Assembly (NCBI RefSeq): GCF_024223415.1
Contig: NZ_CP100500.1
DNA length: 64,000 nt
Reading direction: 5' to 3' (one strand)
Origin: Escherichia coli
GTDB lineage: Bacteria; Pseudomonadota; Gammaproteobacteria; Enterobacterales; Enterobacteriaceae
The position numbers and the translations under genes are program-made. Shown in pieces: positions 31,114 through 41,849 of this stretch; positions within the stretch are counted from its first letter, which is position 1; each line of letters begins with the position of its first letter. Below the pieces are notes generated by a model, which made no database searches, was not told where the DNA came from, and was given only the letters and a program-made list of their open reading frames with translations.

Positions 31114-32619
31114 ATGGAGACGGTAGCGAATTTTATTCACGGCGAATGTGTCACCGGTTCAGGCCAGCGCATTCAGGCGATCTTCAACCCGGCCACTGGC
31201 GAGCAGATTCGCCAGGTGGTGATGAGTACGGCACAGGAAACCGAACAGGCGATTGCCGCAGCACAGTTGGCGTTTCCCGCGTGGGCACGTTTTGCTCCAC
31301 TCAAGCGCGCGCGTGTGATGTTCCGCTTCAAAGCGTTGCTTGAAGAGAATATGGAGCGTCTGGCCCGTATTATCAGTGAAGAACACGGTAAGGTCTTCTC
31401 AGATGCAGTAGGTGAACTGACCCGTGGTCTGGAAGTGGTAGAATTCGCCTGCGGCATCCCACATCTGCAAAAAGGCGAACACTCTGCGAACGTTGGCACA
31501 GGTGTCGACAGCCACTCACTGATGCAGCCGCTCGGGGTCTGCGCCGGGATCACGCCGTTTAACTTCCCGGCGATGGTGCCAATGTGGATGTTCCCGATAG
31601 CTCTGGCGACAGGCAACACCTTCGTGCTGAAACCGTCGGAAAAAGATCCGTCTCTGGCGCTCGCGCTGGCGAAACTGCTGAAAGAGGCAGGCCTGCCGGA
31701 CGGCGTATTCAACGTGGTGCAGGGCGATAAAGAATCCGTTGATGTGCTCCTGACCGACCCGCGCGTGCAGGCCGTCAGTTTTGTCGGTTCAACACCGATT
31801 GCCGAATACATGTACCTGACTGCGTCCGCCCACGGTAAGCGCTGTCAGGCGCTCGGCGGTGCGAAAAACCACTGCATTTTAATGCCGGATGCCGATATGG
31901 ATATGGCGACAAACGCCATAATGGGCGCAGCTTATGGTGCGGCAGGAGAACGCTGCATGGCGCTTTCCGTGGTGGTGGCGGTTGGCGATAAAACGGCTGA
32001 TGAACTCTGCGCCCGGCTGGAAAAAAAGATCGCTTCGTTGCGCGTCGGACCTGGCCTGAACCAGACGCCAGAAAACGAGATGGGGCCGCTGATCTCCGCC
32101 GCACACCGCAGCAAAGTGTTGGGCTATATCGACAGTGGCGAAGCTCAGGGGGCTAACCTGCGTGTGGACGGGCGTGGCCTCAGAGTGAAAGGGCACGAGC
32201 AGGGCTATTTCGTTGGGCCGACTCTGTTCGATAACGTCACCCCGGAGATGACCATCTATAAAGAAGAAATTTTCGGACCGGTGCTTTCTGTGGTGCGCGT
32301 AGCAGATTACGCCAGCGCGGTGGATCTGATTAACCGACACGAATATGGTAATGGCTCGGCCATTTTCACCCGTGACGGTGGCTGCGCACGCCGCTTTTGT
32401 GAAGAGGTGCAGGCGGGTATGGTGGGGGTCAACGTGCCGATCCCGGTGCCAATGGCATTCCACTGTTTCGGTGGCTGGAAACGTTCCATTTTTGGCGCGC
32501 TCAATGTTCACGGGAACGATGGCGTGCGTTTCTACACCCGAATGAAAACCATCACTGCACGCTGGCCGGAAATGCAGCAGGAGACAGGTGCAGCGTTCTC
32601 CATGCCGACGCTGGGCTGA
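31114..32619 (+). CDS. iolA: CoA-acylating methylmalonate-semialdehyde dehydrogenase (IolA/MmsA)
   Basis: 501 aa aldehyde dehydrogenase; …[10 protein letters not shown]… and catalytic Cys region GERCMA. Confidence 0.85.
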   Translation: METVANFIHGECVTGSGQRIQAIFNPATGEQIRQVVMSTAQETEQAIAAAQLAFPAWARFAPLKRARVMFRFKALLEENMERLARIISEEHGKVFSDAVGELTRGLEVVEFACGIPHLQKGEHSANVGTGVDSHSLMQPLGVCAGITPFNFPAMVPMWMFPIALATGNTFVLKPSEKDPSLALALAKLLKEAGLPDGVFNVVQGDKESVDVLLTDPRVQAVSFVGSTPIAEYMYLTASAHGKRCQALGGAKNHCILMPDADMDMATNAIMGAAYGAAGERCMALSVVVAVGDKTADELCARLEKKIASLRVGPGLNQTPENEMGPLISAAHRSKVLGYIDSGEAQGANLRVDGRGLRVKGHEQGYFVGPTLFDNVTPEMTIYKEEIFGPVLSVVRVADYASAVDLINRHEYGNGSAIFTRDGGCARRFCEEVQAGMVGVNVPIPVPMAFHCFGGWKRSIFGALNVHGNDGVRFYTRMKTITARWPEMQQETGAAFSMPTLG

Positions 32620-32630
32620 CAGGGGGTTTT

Positions 32631-34556
32631 ATGCAAACCGAACGTATGACTATGGCCCAGGCGCTGGTCAGATTTCTTAACCAACAATATGTTAGCGTTG
32701 ATGGTAAAGAAACGCCCTTTGTGGAGGGCGTGGCAACGATCTTTGGGCACGGTAACGTGCTCGGTATCGGCCAGGCGCTGGAGCAGGATCCTGGTCATCT
32801 GCAGGTGATGCAAGGCTGTAACGAGCAGGGGATTGCCCATATGGCGACGGGATTCGCCAAACAGCATCGCCGTCAGCGTATTTTTGCTGTCACCTCATCC
32901 GTTGGGCCTGGCGCTGCCAATATGGTGACGGCGGCAGCGACGGCCACGGCGAACCGCATTCCACTGCTGCTACTGCCAGGGGATATCTACGCCTGCCGCC
33001 AGCCTGACCCCGTGTTGCAGCAGATCGAGCAGTATCACGATCTCAGCATCAGTACCAACGATTGCTTCCGCCCGGTTTCCCGCTACTGGGACCGCATCAA
33101 CCGTCCTGAACAGCTTATGAGCGCGATGTTAAGTGCGATGCGAACGCTTACTGACCCCGCAAATACAGGAGCGGTGACCATTTGCCTACCTCAGGATGTG
33201 CAGGGGGAGGCCTGGGATTACCCCCTGAGTTTCTTTGCGCGTCGGGTGCATCATATTGAACGCCGTCCGCCTGACCCGCAGCGACTGGCGCAGGCTCATG
33301 CATTGATTTCCCGCAAGCGCCGTCCACTGGTGGTGTGCGGCGGTGGCGTGCGTTACTCCGGTGCGCATGAGGCGTTACGGGAATTTGTTGAAGTGCTGCA
33401 ATTGCCGTTTGCCGAAACCCAGGCCGGTAAGGGGGCGCTGGTAAGTGACCACCCGCTTAATCTGGGCGGGGTGGGCGTGACGGGCGGAATGGCTGCCAAC
33501 CAGCTTGCGCCGCAGGCTGACTTAGTGATTGGCATCGGCACGCGCCTGACGGATTTTACTACCGGCTCTAAGGCGCTCTTTTCTCATCCCGACGTCGAGT
33601 TCCTGCTGCTGAACGTGGCTGAGTTTGACTCCCTGAAGCTGGATGCCACCGCGCTCATTGCCGATGCCCGAACTGGTCTGACAGCGTTGACCCACGCACT
33701 GAAAGATTATCGTAGTGGCTGGGGGGAGGCGATTGCCCATGCGAAATCCGCTTGGCACGATGAATGCTGTCGACTGTGGGAACGCCAGTGGCATCCTGAC
33801 GACGTTCCCGAAGTGGCAGGGCACCTTGATGCACAGCTAATGGAATACGGTGAAACGCTCAACACACACCTGACCCAGACGCGGGTGTTGGGGCTCATTA
33901 ACCAGCATATTGAGGATAACGCCATTGTGGTGGGGGCGGCCGGATCGCTGCCAGGGGATTTGCAACGCCTCTGGCAGGTTAAAACGCCTGACAGTTACCA
34001 TCTGGAGTATGGTTACTCCTGCATGGGGTATGAGGTCGCAGCGGCTATTGGTGCGAAGCTGGCAAAACCTCAGCAGCCGGTGTATGCCATGGTAGGCGAT
34101 GGTTCGTACATGATGCTGCACTCAGAGCTGCAAACTGCCGTACAGGAGGGAATTAAGGTCACCATTCTGCTGTTTGATAACGCCAGCTTCGGCTGCATTA
34201 ATAACCTGCAGATGGGGCACGGAATGGGGAGTTTTGGCACAGAAAATCGTTACCGTAATCCGAAAACAGGTCAGCTTGACGGGCCGTTGGTGAAGGTCGA
34301 TTTTGCGCAAAACGCGGAAAGCTACGGTTGCCGCGCATGGCGGGTACATAATGAGAAAAGCCTGCTGGCGGCGCTGGAAGCCTCGCGCGCTCACCCGGGA
34401 CCGACGCTCCTCGATATCAAAGTGCTACCAAAAACCATGACCCATGATTACGCGTCATGGTGGCGAACCGGCAACGCACAGGTGGCAGAGTCGCCAGCAG
34501 TGCGCCAGGCCGCCGAGCAAACACAGGCTCAGGTGAAAAAAGCTCGTCAGTATTGA
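32631..34556 (+). CDS. iolD: 3D-(3,5/4)-trihydroxycyclohexane-1,2-dione hydrolase (IolD, TPP-dependent)
   Basis: 641 aa TPP enzyme; …GDGSYMM… TPP-binding motif; [11 protein letters not shown] start typical of IolD. Confidence 0.85.
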   Translation: MQTERMTMAQALVRFLNQQYVSVDGKETPFVEGVATIFGHGNVLGIGQALEQDPGHLQVMQGCNEQGIAHMATGFAKQHRRQRIFAVTSSVGPGAANMVTAAATATANRIPLLLLPGDIYACRQPDPVLQQIEQYHDLSISTNDCFRPVSRYWDRINRPEQLMSAMLSAMRTLTDPANTGAVTICLPQDVQGEAWDYPLSFFARRVHHIERRPPDPQRLAQAHALISRKRRPLVVCGGGVRYSGAHEALREFVEVLQLPFAETQAGKGALVSDHPLNLGGVGVTGGMAANQLAPQADLVIGIGTRLTDFTTGSKALFSHPDVEFLLLNVAEFDSLKLDATALIADARTGLTALTHALKDYRSGWGEAIAHAKSAWHDECCRLWERQWHPDDVPEVAGHLDAQLMEYGETLNTHLTQTRVLGLINQHIEDNAIVVGAAGSLPGDLQRLWQVKTPDSYHLEYGYSCMGYEVAAAIGAKLAKPQQPVYAMVGDGSYMMLHSELQTAVQEGIKVTILLFDNASFGCINNLQMGHGMGSFGTENRYRNPKTGQLDGPLVKVDFAQNAESYGCRAWRVHNEKSLLAALEASRAHPGPTLLDIKVLPKTMTHDYASWWRTGNAQVAESPAVRQAAEQTQAQVKKARQY

Positions 34557-34607
34557 GTTTTCCTGTCGTAACGAAATTTTCATTTCATTTTTCTTTTTTC
34601 CCCTCAC

Positions 34608-34650
34608 CCATCCCCTCTCCCAACGGGAGAGGGGATGGTACAGTTTTTAT
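34608..34650 (+). terminator. GC-rich hairpin followed by T-run after iolD (probable intrinsic terminator)
   Basis: ccatcccctctcc-caac-gggagaggggatgg (13-bp perfect stem) then tacagttttta. Confidence 0.5.
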
Positions 34651-34840
34651 TCCCTCCCCCCCTTGTAATGGAGGGACATATCTTCCTCGGCGTTGTGAGA
34701 TTGATAACAAAATTTATCTAATACATCTCAAAAGTGTTAACTGGCACTCAAAATATAATTTTCACTATTTATAAAAATGAAATAAATGTTTTATTTGTAG
34801 TGTCGTTAGTTCACCGCATTCATCAACACCGGGAGCCGTT

Positions 34841-35827
34841 ATGTTTAACATTGCTTTACTGGGCGCTGGCCGAATTGGCCAGGTACATGCAGCTAACATC
34901 GCCAGCCATAGTGCGACCACGCTCTGGTCTGTGGTAGACCCGAATCAGGAGTTCGCCACGCGTCTAGCGACACAGTATCAGGCGCGCCAGCAGAGCCTGG
35001 ATGAGGCGATGACCGATCCGAACGTTCATGCCGTATTGATCGCCTCCGCGACCGACACCCACGCGGATCTGATTGAAATGGCCGCCCGTTACGGCAAAGC
35101 CATTTTCTGTGAAAAACCGGTACACCTTGATCTTGCCCGCGTACGCGACTGCCTGAAAGTGGTCAAAGAGTATGACGTACCGCTGTTTATCGGTTTTAAC
35201 CGCCGCTTTGACCCACAGTTCCGTCGCGTGAAAACCGACACTCAGGCCGGGCGTATCGGCAAACCGGAATCACTGCTGATCATCTCCCGCGATCCGTCTC
35301 CACCGCCTGCGGAGTACGTGCGTGTTTCCGGCGGCATGTTCCGTGATATGACCATCCACGACTTTGACATGGCACGCTTCATCATGGGTGAAGAGCCGGT
35401 GTCGGTGTATGCCCAGGGCAGCAATCTGGTGGATCCGGCGATTGGCGAAGCGGGAGATATCGACACCGCATTTATCGTTCTGAAATATGCCTCCGGCGCG
35501 ATGGCGACCATCGTCAACAGTCGCCGTTCTTCATACGGCTACGACCAGCGCCTGGAGCTACACGGTTCCGAAGGGCTGCTGTGCGCGGGCAATATCCTTG
35601 AAAACCAGGTGCAGCACTACGGCAAACAGGGTTGCACCAGCGCGCTGCCGGAACACTTCTTCCTGCAACGCTACAAATCCGCTTACGCAGCGGAATGGGA
35701 GCACTTTGTTGCGGTTCTGCGCGGCGAAGCGGTGCCTGATTGCAGCGGCGATGATGGTGAACGTGCGCTGTACCTCGCGGATAAAGCGCTGGAATCACTG
35801 CGTTGCCAGCGTGAGATCGTCCTCTAA
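34841..35827 (+). CDS. iolG: myo-inositol 2-dehydrogenase (Gfo/Idh/MocA family, IolG)
   Basis: N-terminal Rossmann motif LGAGRIG, …EKP… motif, 328 aa. Confidence 0.8.
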   Translation: MFNIALLGAGRIGQVHAANIASHSATTLWSVVDPNQEFATRLATQYQARQQSLDEAMTDPNVHAVLIASATDTHADLIEMAARYGKAIFCEKPVHLDLARVRDCLKVVKEYDVPLFIGFNRRFDPQFRRVKTDTQAGRIGKPESLLIISRDPSPPPAEYVRVSGGMFRDMTIHDFDMARFIMGEEPVSVYAQGSNLVDPAIGEAGDIDTAFIVLKYASGAMATIVNSRRSSYGYDQRLELHGSEGLLCAGNILENQVQHYGKQGCTSALPEHFFLQRYKSAYAAEWEHFVAVLRGEAVPDCSGDDGERALYLADKALESLRCQREIVL

Positions 35828-35858
35828 ACACAACAACCCTACACAGAGAGACATAATA

Positions 35859-36788
35859 ATGAAAAAACTGATCTTAGCCGCCCTAATCGCCATGACATCC
35901 GGGGCCGCCATAGCCGAAAACGAGCAAATTGTTTTCAGTACGCCAAACCTGGCCATGCCGTTTGAAGTTCACATGCAGCGCACGGCGGTGAAAGCCGCAA
36001 AAGAGATGGGGGTGAAACTTCAGGTACTGGACGGTCAGGGCAGCTCACCGAAGCAGGTGGCTGACCTGGAAAACGCCATCACCCGTGGTGCGCAGGGCTT
36101 TATCGTCTCCCCGAACGATGTGAACGCGGTCTCCAGTGTGGTAGATGAAATTCAGGATACGAAGCTGCCGGTCGTTACGCTTGACCGCTCTGTCGACAGC
36201 CAGAAAAAAGTGCCGCACTTTGGTGCCAACAACTACAAGGGCGGCCAGGCGATTGGCGACTTCGTCAAAACCAAATTCCCCAACGGCGCGGAGATCATTC
36301 TGTTGACCGGTCAACCGGGTTCCTCCTCCAACATTGAACGCACCAAAGGGATCCGTGACAGCCTGAAGGCTGGCGGGGATATGTACAAGATCGTCGCCGA
36401 TCAGACCGGCAACTGGATGCGCTCGGAAGGGATGCGCATTGTCGAAAGCGTTTTGCCGTCGCTGCCAAAACGTCCTCAGGTGATCCTCTCTGCCAACGAT
36501 GATATGGCGCTGGGGGCGATTGAAGCGCTGCAGAGTCAGGGTGTGAAACCGGGTGAAATCCTGGTCACCGGTTTTGATGCGGTACCGGAAGCACTGGCCC
36601 GCGTGCGCGACGGCTGGCTGGCGGTTACGGCGGATCAGCGTCCCGGCTTTGCGGTGACCACGGCGATGAGCCAACTGGTGGCTAACGTGCGTGAGAAAAA
36701 AACTATCACCGGGGCGGACTATCCGCCGACGCTGATCACCAAAGAGAACCTGCAACAGGCTGAGCGTATTGCTGAGGCCGGTAACTGA
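35859..36788 (+). CDS. periplasmic sugar-binding protein of ABC transporter (ribose/inositol type)
   Basis: Signal peptide MKKLILAALIAMTSGAAIA, type-I PBP fold pattern; start 35859 has upstream RBS; the longer 35487 ORF overlaps iolG and is rejected. Confidence 0.8.
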   Translation: MKKLILAALIAMTSGAAIAENEQIVFSTPNLAMPFEVHMQRTAVKAAKEMGVKLQVLDGQGSSPKQVADLENAITRGAQGFIVSPNDVNAVSSVVDEIQDTKLPVVTLDRSVDSQKKVPHFGANNYKGGQAIGDFVKTKFPNGAEIILLTGQPGSSSNIERTKGIRDSLKAGGDMYKIVADQTGNWMRSEGMRIVESVLPSLPKRPQVILSANDDMALGAIEALQSQGVKPGEILVTGFDAVPEALARVRDGWLAVTADQRPGFAVTTAMSQLVANVREKKTITGADYPPTLITKENLQQAERIAEAGN

Positions 36789-36839
36789 TTTGTCTGGAGC
36801 CGCCGTACGGGCGGCTCCCCATAAATAAGGAGCAGGCTG

Positions 36840-38062
36840 ATGTCGCAACCCTTACTGAAAGTAACCGACCTGGCAAAAAGCTTTTCCGGCGTATGGGCGC
36901 TGAGCAGCGCCCAGCTCACCGTCGGCACGGGTGAAATTCACGCTTTGCTGGGCGAAAACGGCGCTGGGAAATCCACGCTGTTGAAGGCACTCGCGGGCGC
37001 ACAGCCACAAACGCGCGGGGAGATCTGGTTCAATGGCGAAACGCTGCCGGTGGACGACTCCCCGGTAGAACGGCAGAACAAGGGCATTATCACCATCTAT
37101 CAGGAATTCAACCTGCTGCCCAATATGACCGTTGCGGAAAACATGTTTCTCGGACGCGAACCGCGTAAACGTAACCTGATCGTCGACGAAAAAGCGGTCA
37201 ATCAGGAAGCGCAGGTGATTCTCGATTATCTGCAGCTGAATGTCGCACCCACCACGCCAGTCGCCCGTCTGAGCGTGGCCCAGCAGCAGATGGTGGAGAT
37301 TGCCCGGGCGCTGACCCTCAATGCCAGGCTGATCATCATGGATGAACCCTCCGCCGCCCTGAGTGACAGCGAGGTGGAAAGCCTGCACCGCGTGGTGCGG
37401 GAGCTTAAAAACCGCGGCGTGAGCATTATTTACGTTACTCACCGTCTGCATGAAGTTTTCCAGCTTTGCGATCGTTTCACCGTTTTCCAGGATGGCCGTT
37501 TCACCGGCACCGGCGCAGTGACGGAGACGAACGTAGAGCAGTTGATCCGCCTGATGGTAGGGCGTGATGTGGCCTTTAACCGCCGCCCTGCCAGCGAAAC
37601 CCACCATGAAGACAAACCTGTCCGTTTGTCGGTGAAGGGGTTAAGCCGGGAAAAACCGCCGCTGGATCCACACGGCATCGCCCTGCATGACATCAGTTTT
37701 CACGTCCATGCAGGGGAAGTTCTGGGTATCGCTGGGCTGGTGGGGGCTGGTCGTACTGAGGTAGCGCGCTGCCTGTTTGGCGCCGACGCCTTTACCACCG
37801 GCAGCTTTGAGCTGGACGGCGTGCCGTACCAGCCGCGTGACCCACTTTATGCGCTGGAGCAAGGGCTGGCGCTGGTGCCGGAAGATCGCAAAAAAGAGGG
37901 GGCGGTGCTGGGTCTGTCGATTCGCGACAACCTGTCGCTCTCCTGCCTCTCCTCGCTGTTGCAGTGGCGCTGGTTTGTGAATACCCGCAAAGAGGACGAC
38001 CTGATTGAGTCCTACCGCCAGGCGCTGCAGATCAAAATGGTCAACAGCACGCAAGAGGTGCG
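36840..38062 (+). pseudogene. sugar ABC transporter ATP-binding protein (two-domain, RbsA-like), 3'-truncated by Mu-like prophage insertion
   Basis: First ABC domain complete (GENGAGKST…LSVAQQQMVEIARAL…IIMDEPSAAL); second domain stops after …QIKMVNSTQEV, before the expected LSGGNQQK signature; sequence from about 38063 is phage end. Confidence 0.75.
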
Positions 38063-38110
38063 TGATGCGCCGCGCGATAAATGCGCTCTATCTTGTGCGA
38101 TAAATGACAA
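38063..38110. repeat. Mu-type prophage end: terminal TG followed by two CGATAAATG-containing repeats (putative transposase-binding sites)
   Basis: tgatgcgccgcgcgataaatgcgctctatcttgtgcgataaatgaca; resembles recalled Mu attR terminus TGAAGCGGCGCACGAAAAACGCG and R-site core CGATAAATGCG. Confidence 0.5.
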
Positions 38111-38140
38111 CCAATCGGCGTTTCATTATTTGAAAAAGAA

Positions 38141-38520
38141 TTACATTTCAGGTTGCGTTATGACTGTCCCAGCGGGGTGATAGCGGTAGATCGTTGACAG
38201 TCCAATATCATAGATAATTACCAGCCGCTTTCTGTCATACCCTTTCTGGAGCAATCTTGCGATCTGCTCATGCTGCTCCTTCGTCAGTTTCGGGCGACGC
38301 CCTCCAACTCTCCCTTGTGCTCGCGCAGCAGTCAGTCCTGCCAGCGTGCGCTCAACTATCAGTTCACGTTCCATTTCTGCCAGTGCACCCATCATATGAA
38401 AAAAAGAACCTTCCCATCGGAGTGCTGGTATCGATTAAATCCGTCAGACTGCGAAAATTGACACCTTTTGCGCGTAGCTCTTCTGTGAGCGAAATGAGGT
38501 GTTTCATTCTTCTACCCAAC
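38141..38520 (-). pseudogene. Gin/Pin/Hin-family serine DNA invertase, N-terminally truncated and frameshifted
   Basis: …LISLTEELRAKGVNFRSLTDLIDTSTPMGRFFF then frame slips at A7 tract (38389-38395), continuing …MMGALAEMERELIVERTLAGLTAARAQGRVGGRRPKLT…; catalytic N-terminal about 60 aa missing. Confidence 0.7.
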
Positions 38521-38815
38521 CGTTACAGCTTCCAGACCACCAATGTATCCCCTCTTTTAAGGCACCTTAAAGCGCGTTTCAGGCCTGGTCGTTGCGACTT
38601 AGTTCCGCTCATTTGTCCTCAAAAATTTGTTCACATCCTGCGCACATTAATACATTGCGTTTTGGTCATTTGTTGACACACGTATGTAGCCAATCAGCAT
38701 CAAAAACACTCCCTTTTGAGTGGTTAAAGTAGTGAGATAATGTGGGGAAGATTTGAGAGATAACCCGCCCCCGCAATATCGCATTTAACTATATTGTGAG
38801 GGCGCGTGATACCGT

Positions 38816-39430
38816 TCAGCCAGCAAGCGCCAGTGGCGCTTCCGGCCAGCTGATTTCAGGTGCCTTGCTGATATCCAGTGCGTTCAGATCGTCGATATAA
38901 TCCAGCACGGCATTCAGTTTTGCCGTTTCTTCTGGTGTCAGACTGCGACCTGCCCGCAACTTAAGGTTGATGAGGTCGATGGACTTCATCGCCTGATCCA
39001 CCCGTTCCTGGCGTTGCTGTCTGGCAACCTCCAGCTCTTCGGCTTGCTGCCGTTCTGTATCGGTTACCCACGCCTCACCGTTCCAGGTATCCCATGGTGT
39101 GGCAGGCTGTTTTGTCGTTGTCCCTTCCGGGTAGTCACCTGGTTGGGTAATCTGGACCGGATTACCGTTCTCTGTGCTGTATACCGTCTCTCCACGATGA
39201 TCGGGGACATACTCCCACCCGTCCAGCGTGGACGTCCGGCAAATCACGTAACCCGGCATTGCCTCTGGCGGGGCATCGGCGCATGAATGTGCCGGGGTAC
39301 CCACCCCCAGGGCCAGATACTCCACAGAGGATGAGGTGTATTCCCGGGTTTCCTCATCATAGTGATATACAGTGATATCGCCTGCGAAAGTGGCGATACC
39401 GTTTTCATCCAGAACTGCAGTGTTACTCAT
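38816..39430 (-). CDS. phage tail fiber assembly protein (Tfa, Mu U-like)
   Basis: 204 aa immediately downstream of tail fiber gene with ATGA-type overlap; typical Tfa position. Confidence 0.7.
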   Translation of the reverse strand: MSNTAVLDENGIATFAGDITVYHYDEETREYTSSSVEYLALGVGTPAHSCADAPPEAMPGYVICRTSTLDGWEYVPDHRGETVYSTENGNPVQITQPGDYPEGTTTKQPATPWDTWNGEAWVTDTERQQAEELEVARQQRQERVDQAMKSIDLINLKLRAGRSLTPEETAKLNAVLDYIDDLNALDISKAPEISWPEAPLALAG

Positions 39431-41274
39431 TAAACTGCCCTCACAATATAATTAAAAGCGATATTGCGCGGTCTGATCGCTATCCATCTGTCTTTTTCAT
39501 TACTCACCAGCTTACCGGCTCTGGCTATTGCCCATCTGTCAACTGGTTTTGTGCCGTACAGGATGCCGTTACCGGTTCTGGGTTGATCAGGGGTTATGTT
39601 TATGATGTCGTTATCATGTGATGCAAATGAAATCCCTGCCTGAATATCTGCACCTCCCGCTACGCCGTGGTACGCCTGTATGGAGGTACAAATATATGTT
39701 GCTTCCTGTGTGGATAACAATAAGCGTCCCCTGTCAATCATTCGCAGGTCATCCCATCCACGAATAAATTCCCCGCGCAAATCTGGTAGCCTGAGGTCAG
39801 GGTAGGCCACCGCCAGTTTTGGGTATTTTGTACGCGTGAATGCGGCACCGTTGCACTGTAACCACCCCTCAGGTGGTCTTGACGAAGGCCACGGAACGGG
39901 TACGCCAACTGGCAGCGTCGAGCCTTCTCCTAAACCAAGGTAATCAAGAATATCTTTTATGCTTTGTTTACCCATGATGACGCGGGCAACAGACGAAAAA
40001 ACAGGGGCGTCTGTGATCTGAGCCCAGCGATGAGTGTGGGCTGCCGAGGCTTTGCTGTTGGCAAGGTCATACGCAGCTTTAACAGCTTTTGGTGTGGCCG
40101 CCAGCATTTCGGAATTGCTGTTTGTGGCGCTGCTTAGCTGTACGATGCCTTTGCGTCCGGTGGTTGCATCCTGTCCTGTATACTTGCTCGTCAGCATATC
40201 GTGTAAGGCTTTAACCGCTTTGGGGGTGGCGGCCTCAGTCTCTGACTCACTGTTTGTGGCACTGCTCAGCTGTACGGTGCCTTTTGCCGTCAGCGAGGCT
40301 GATGGCACACCTGTTATCTGATTCCACGGGTGGGTGTGGCTGGCGGGTGCTTTACCGGCTGCAAGGTCATATGCAGCCTTGACGGCTTTTGGTGTGGCCG
40401 CCAGCGTTTCGGAATTGCTGTTTGTGGCGCTGCTCAGCTGTACGATGCCTTTGCGTCCGGTGGTTGCATCCTGTCCTGTATACTTGCTCGTCACCATATC
40501 GTGTAAGGCTTTAACCGCTTTGGGGGTGGCGGCCTCAGTCTCTGACTCACTGTTTGTGGCACTGCTCAGCTGTACGGTGCCTTTTGCCGTCAGCGAGGCT
40601 GATGGCACACCTGTTATCTGATTCCACGGGTGGGTGTGGCTGGCGGGTGCTTTACCGGCTGCAAGGTCATATGCAGCCTTGACGGCTTTTGGTGTGGCCG
40701 CCAGCGTTTCGGAATTGCTGTTTGTGGCGCTGCTCAGCTGTACGATGCCTTTGCGTCCGGTGGTTGCATCCTGTCCTGTATACTTGCTCGTCACCATATC
40801 GTGTAAGGCTTTAACCGCTTTGGGGGTGGCGGCCTCAGTCTCTGACTCACTGTTTGTGGCACTGCTCAGCTGTACGGTGCCTTTTGCCGTCAGCGAGGCT
40901 GATGGCACACCTGTTATCTGATTCCACGGGTGGGTGTGGCTGGCGGGTGCTTTACCGGCTGCAAGGTCATATGCAGCCTTGACGGCCTTCGGTGTGGCGG
41001 CCAGTGTTTCAGAAGTGCTGTTTGTGGCGCTGCTCAGTTGGGTGAATCCTTTTTCTGTCAGTGTCGCGTCAGGGTGGTTACGGGAACGTGCGTGTTCAGC
41101 CAGTGACTGTGCGACTTCCTCCGTTTTCTTCTTCAGCCATTTCGTCCTGTTTGCCAGTTGCCGGGGGGCTCGATTTGATATCCCGTCTGCACCACCCAGA
41201 ACCGGATCTGATGTCTCCAGTTGATAGATATTTTCTTCCCACTTTTCTGTTTCATTCAGGTTTCCCATAATCAA
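39430..41274 (-). CDS. phage tail fiber protein (Mu S-like) with internal 100-aa tandem repeats and C-terminal tail-collar-like domain
   Basis: 614 aa; repeated block …GTVQLSSATNSESETEAATPKAVKA…; C-terminal …PDLRGEFIRGWDD… collar-like motif. Confidence 0.8.
   Translation of the reverse strand: MIMGNLNETEKWEENIYQLETSDPVLGGADGISNRAPRQLANRTKWLKKKTEEVAQSLAEHARSRNHPDATLTEKGFTQLSSATNSTSETLAATPKAVKAAYDLAAGKAPASHTHPWNQITGVPSASLTAKGTVQLSSATNSESETEAATPKAVKALHDMVTSKYTGQDATTGRKGIVQLSSATNSNSETLAATPKAVKAAYDLAAGKAPASHTHPWNQITGVPSASLTAKGTVQLSSATNSESETEAATPKAVKALHDMVTSKYTGQDATTGRKGIVQLSSATNSNSETLAATPKAVKAAYDLAAGKAPASHTHPWNQITGVPSASLTAKGTVQLSSATNSESETEAATPKAVKALHDMLTSKYTGQDATTGRKGIVQLSSATNSNSEMLAATPKAVKAAYDLANSKASAAHTHRWAQITDAPVFSSVARVIMGKQSIKDILDYLGLGEGSTLPVGVPVPWPSSRPPEGWLQCNGAAFTRTKYPKLAVAYPDLRLPDLRGEFIRGWDDLRMIDRGRLLLSTQEATYICTSIQAYHGVAGGADIQAGISFASHDNDIINITPDQPRTGNGILYGTKPVDRWAIARAGKLVSNEKDRWIAIRPRNIAFNYIVRAV
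40021..41045. repeat. 300-bp tandem repeat, about 3.4 copies, inside tail fiber gene
   Basis: Rows 40321-40620 and 40621-40920 are identical as read; 40021-40320 near-identical; plus-strand shadow ORFs recur at 300-bp spacing (40034, 40334, 40634, 40934). Confidence 0.85.
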
Positions 41275-41849
41275 CTTCTCCCGTGGTTATAACTGCCATC
41301 ATGGATGGCGGTATTGTTATAGCGAATGGCCACAGACTGATACTCCAGGCTGGCCAGATGGCAGCGGGCCGGTGCAAATGCAGTGAGCGTCTGACGCAGC
41401 ATCGCGGCCTGATCGTTAGTAATGGGCTGTTTCAGAATAACGCGATAAACCGCCCAGCCTGCTGTATCTCCATGAACAAACAGTCCGTTATGGCTGCGAT
41501 TGCCGTCGTAACTGAGACGACCTGTGCCTTCAATCAGATCCACTTCACCAAAGCCAAAACGGCGGATAACTTCCCGGATTGACCACGGCGTCCCTTTATA
41601 CCGGTGCAGTTCGATGGCTGCTTTTATAAGCATGCGGCGAACATCGTCCGATTCCGCCAGCTCCCAGCCATCGCCAGACAGTGAGAACTGCTCGCCCAGC
41701 CATGGCAGCGCGGAACTGTCGACGATATCGACGAGAAAGACCATCAGTACGCTCAGGTCGATGTTATCCAGCCGTCCTGCCAGTCTTCCCAGCGTCCTGA
41801 GACTGATATCACCCTCAAGCGGTGGCGGGAGTTGTAATGGCTCAGTCAT
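41271..41849 (-). CDS. phage tail protein I-like (Mu gp48-like)
   Basis: 192 aa between baseplate J-like gene and tail fiber, conserved synteny. Confidence 0.65.
   Translation of the reverse strand: MTEPLQLPPPLEGDISLRTLGRLAGRLDNIDLSVLMVFLVDIVDSSALPWLGEQFSLSGDGWELAESDDVRRMLIKAAIELHRYKGTPWSIREVIRRFGFGEVDLIEGTGRLSYDGNRSHNGLFVHGDTAGWAVYRVILKQPITNDQAAMLRQTLTAFAPARCHLASLEYQSVAIRYNNTAIHDGSYNHGRS

Noticed and set aside
31173-32511. Several minus-strand ORFs of 100-212 aa
   Set aside because: All lie antisense within iolA (aldehyde dehydrogenase), which has clear family motifs on the plus strand.
35487-35858. N-terminal extension of the binding-protein ORF (start at 35487)
   Set aside because: Overlaps the 3' end of iolG in another frame; the signal peptide and RBS begin at 35859.
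36045-36848. 267-aa minus-strand ORF
   Set aside because: Antisense to the periplasmic binding protein gene; Arg-rich shadow ORF.
40034-41224. Plus-strand 95-96 aa ORFs recurring every 300 bp
   Set aside because: Antisense shadows of the tail fiber tandem repeats.
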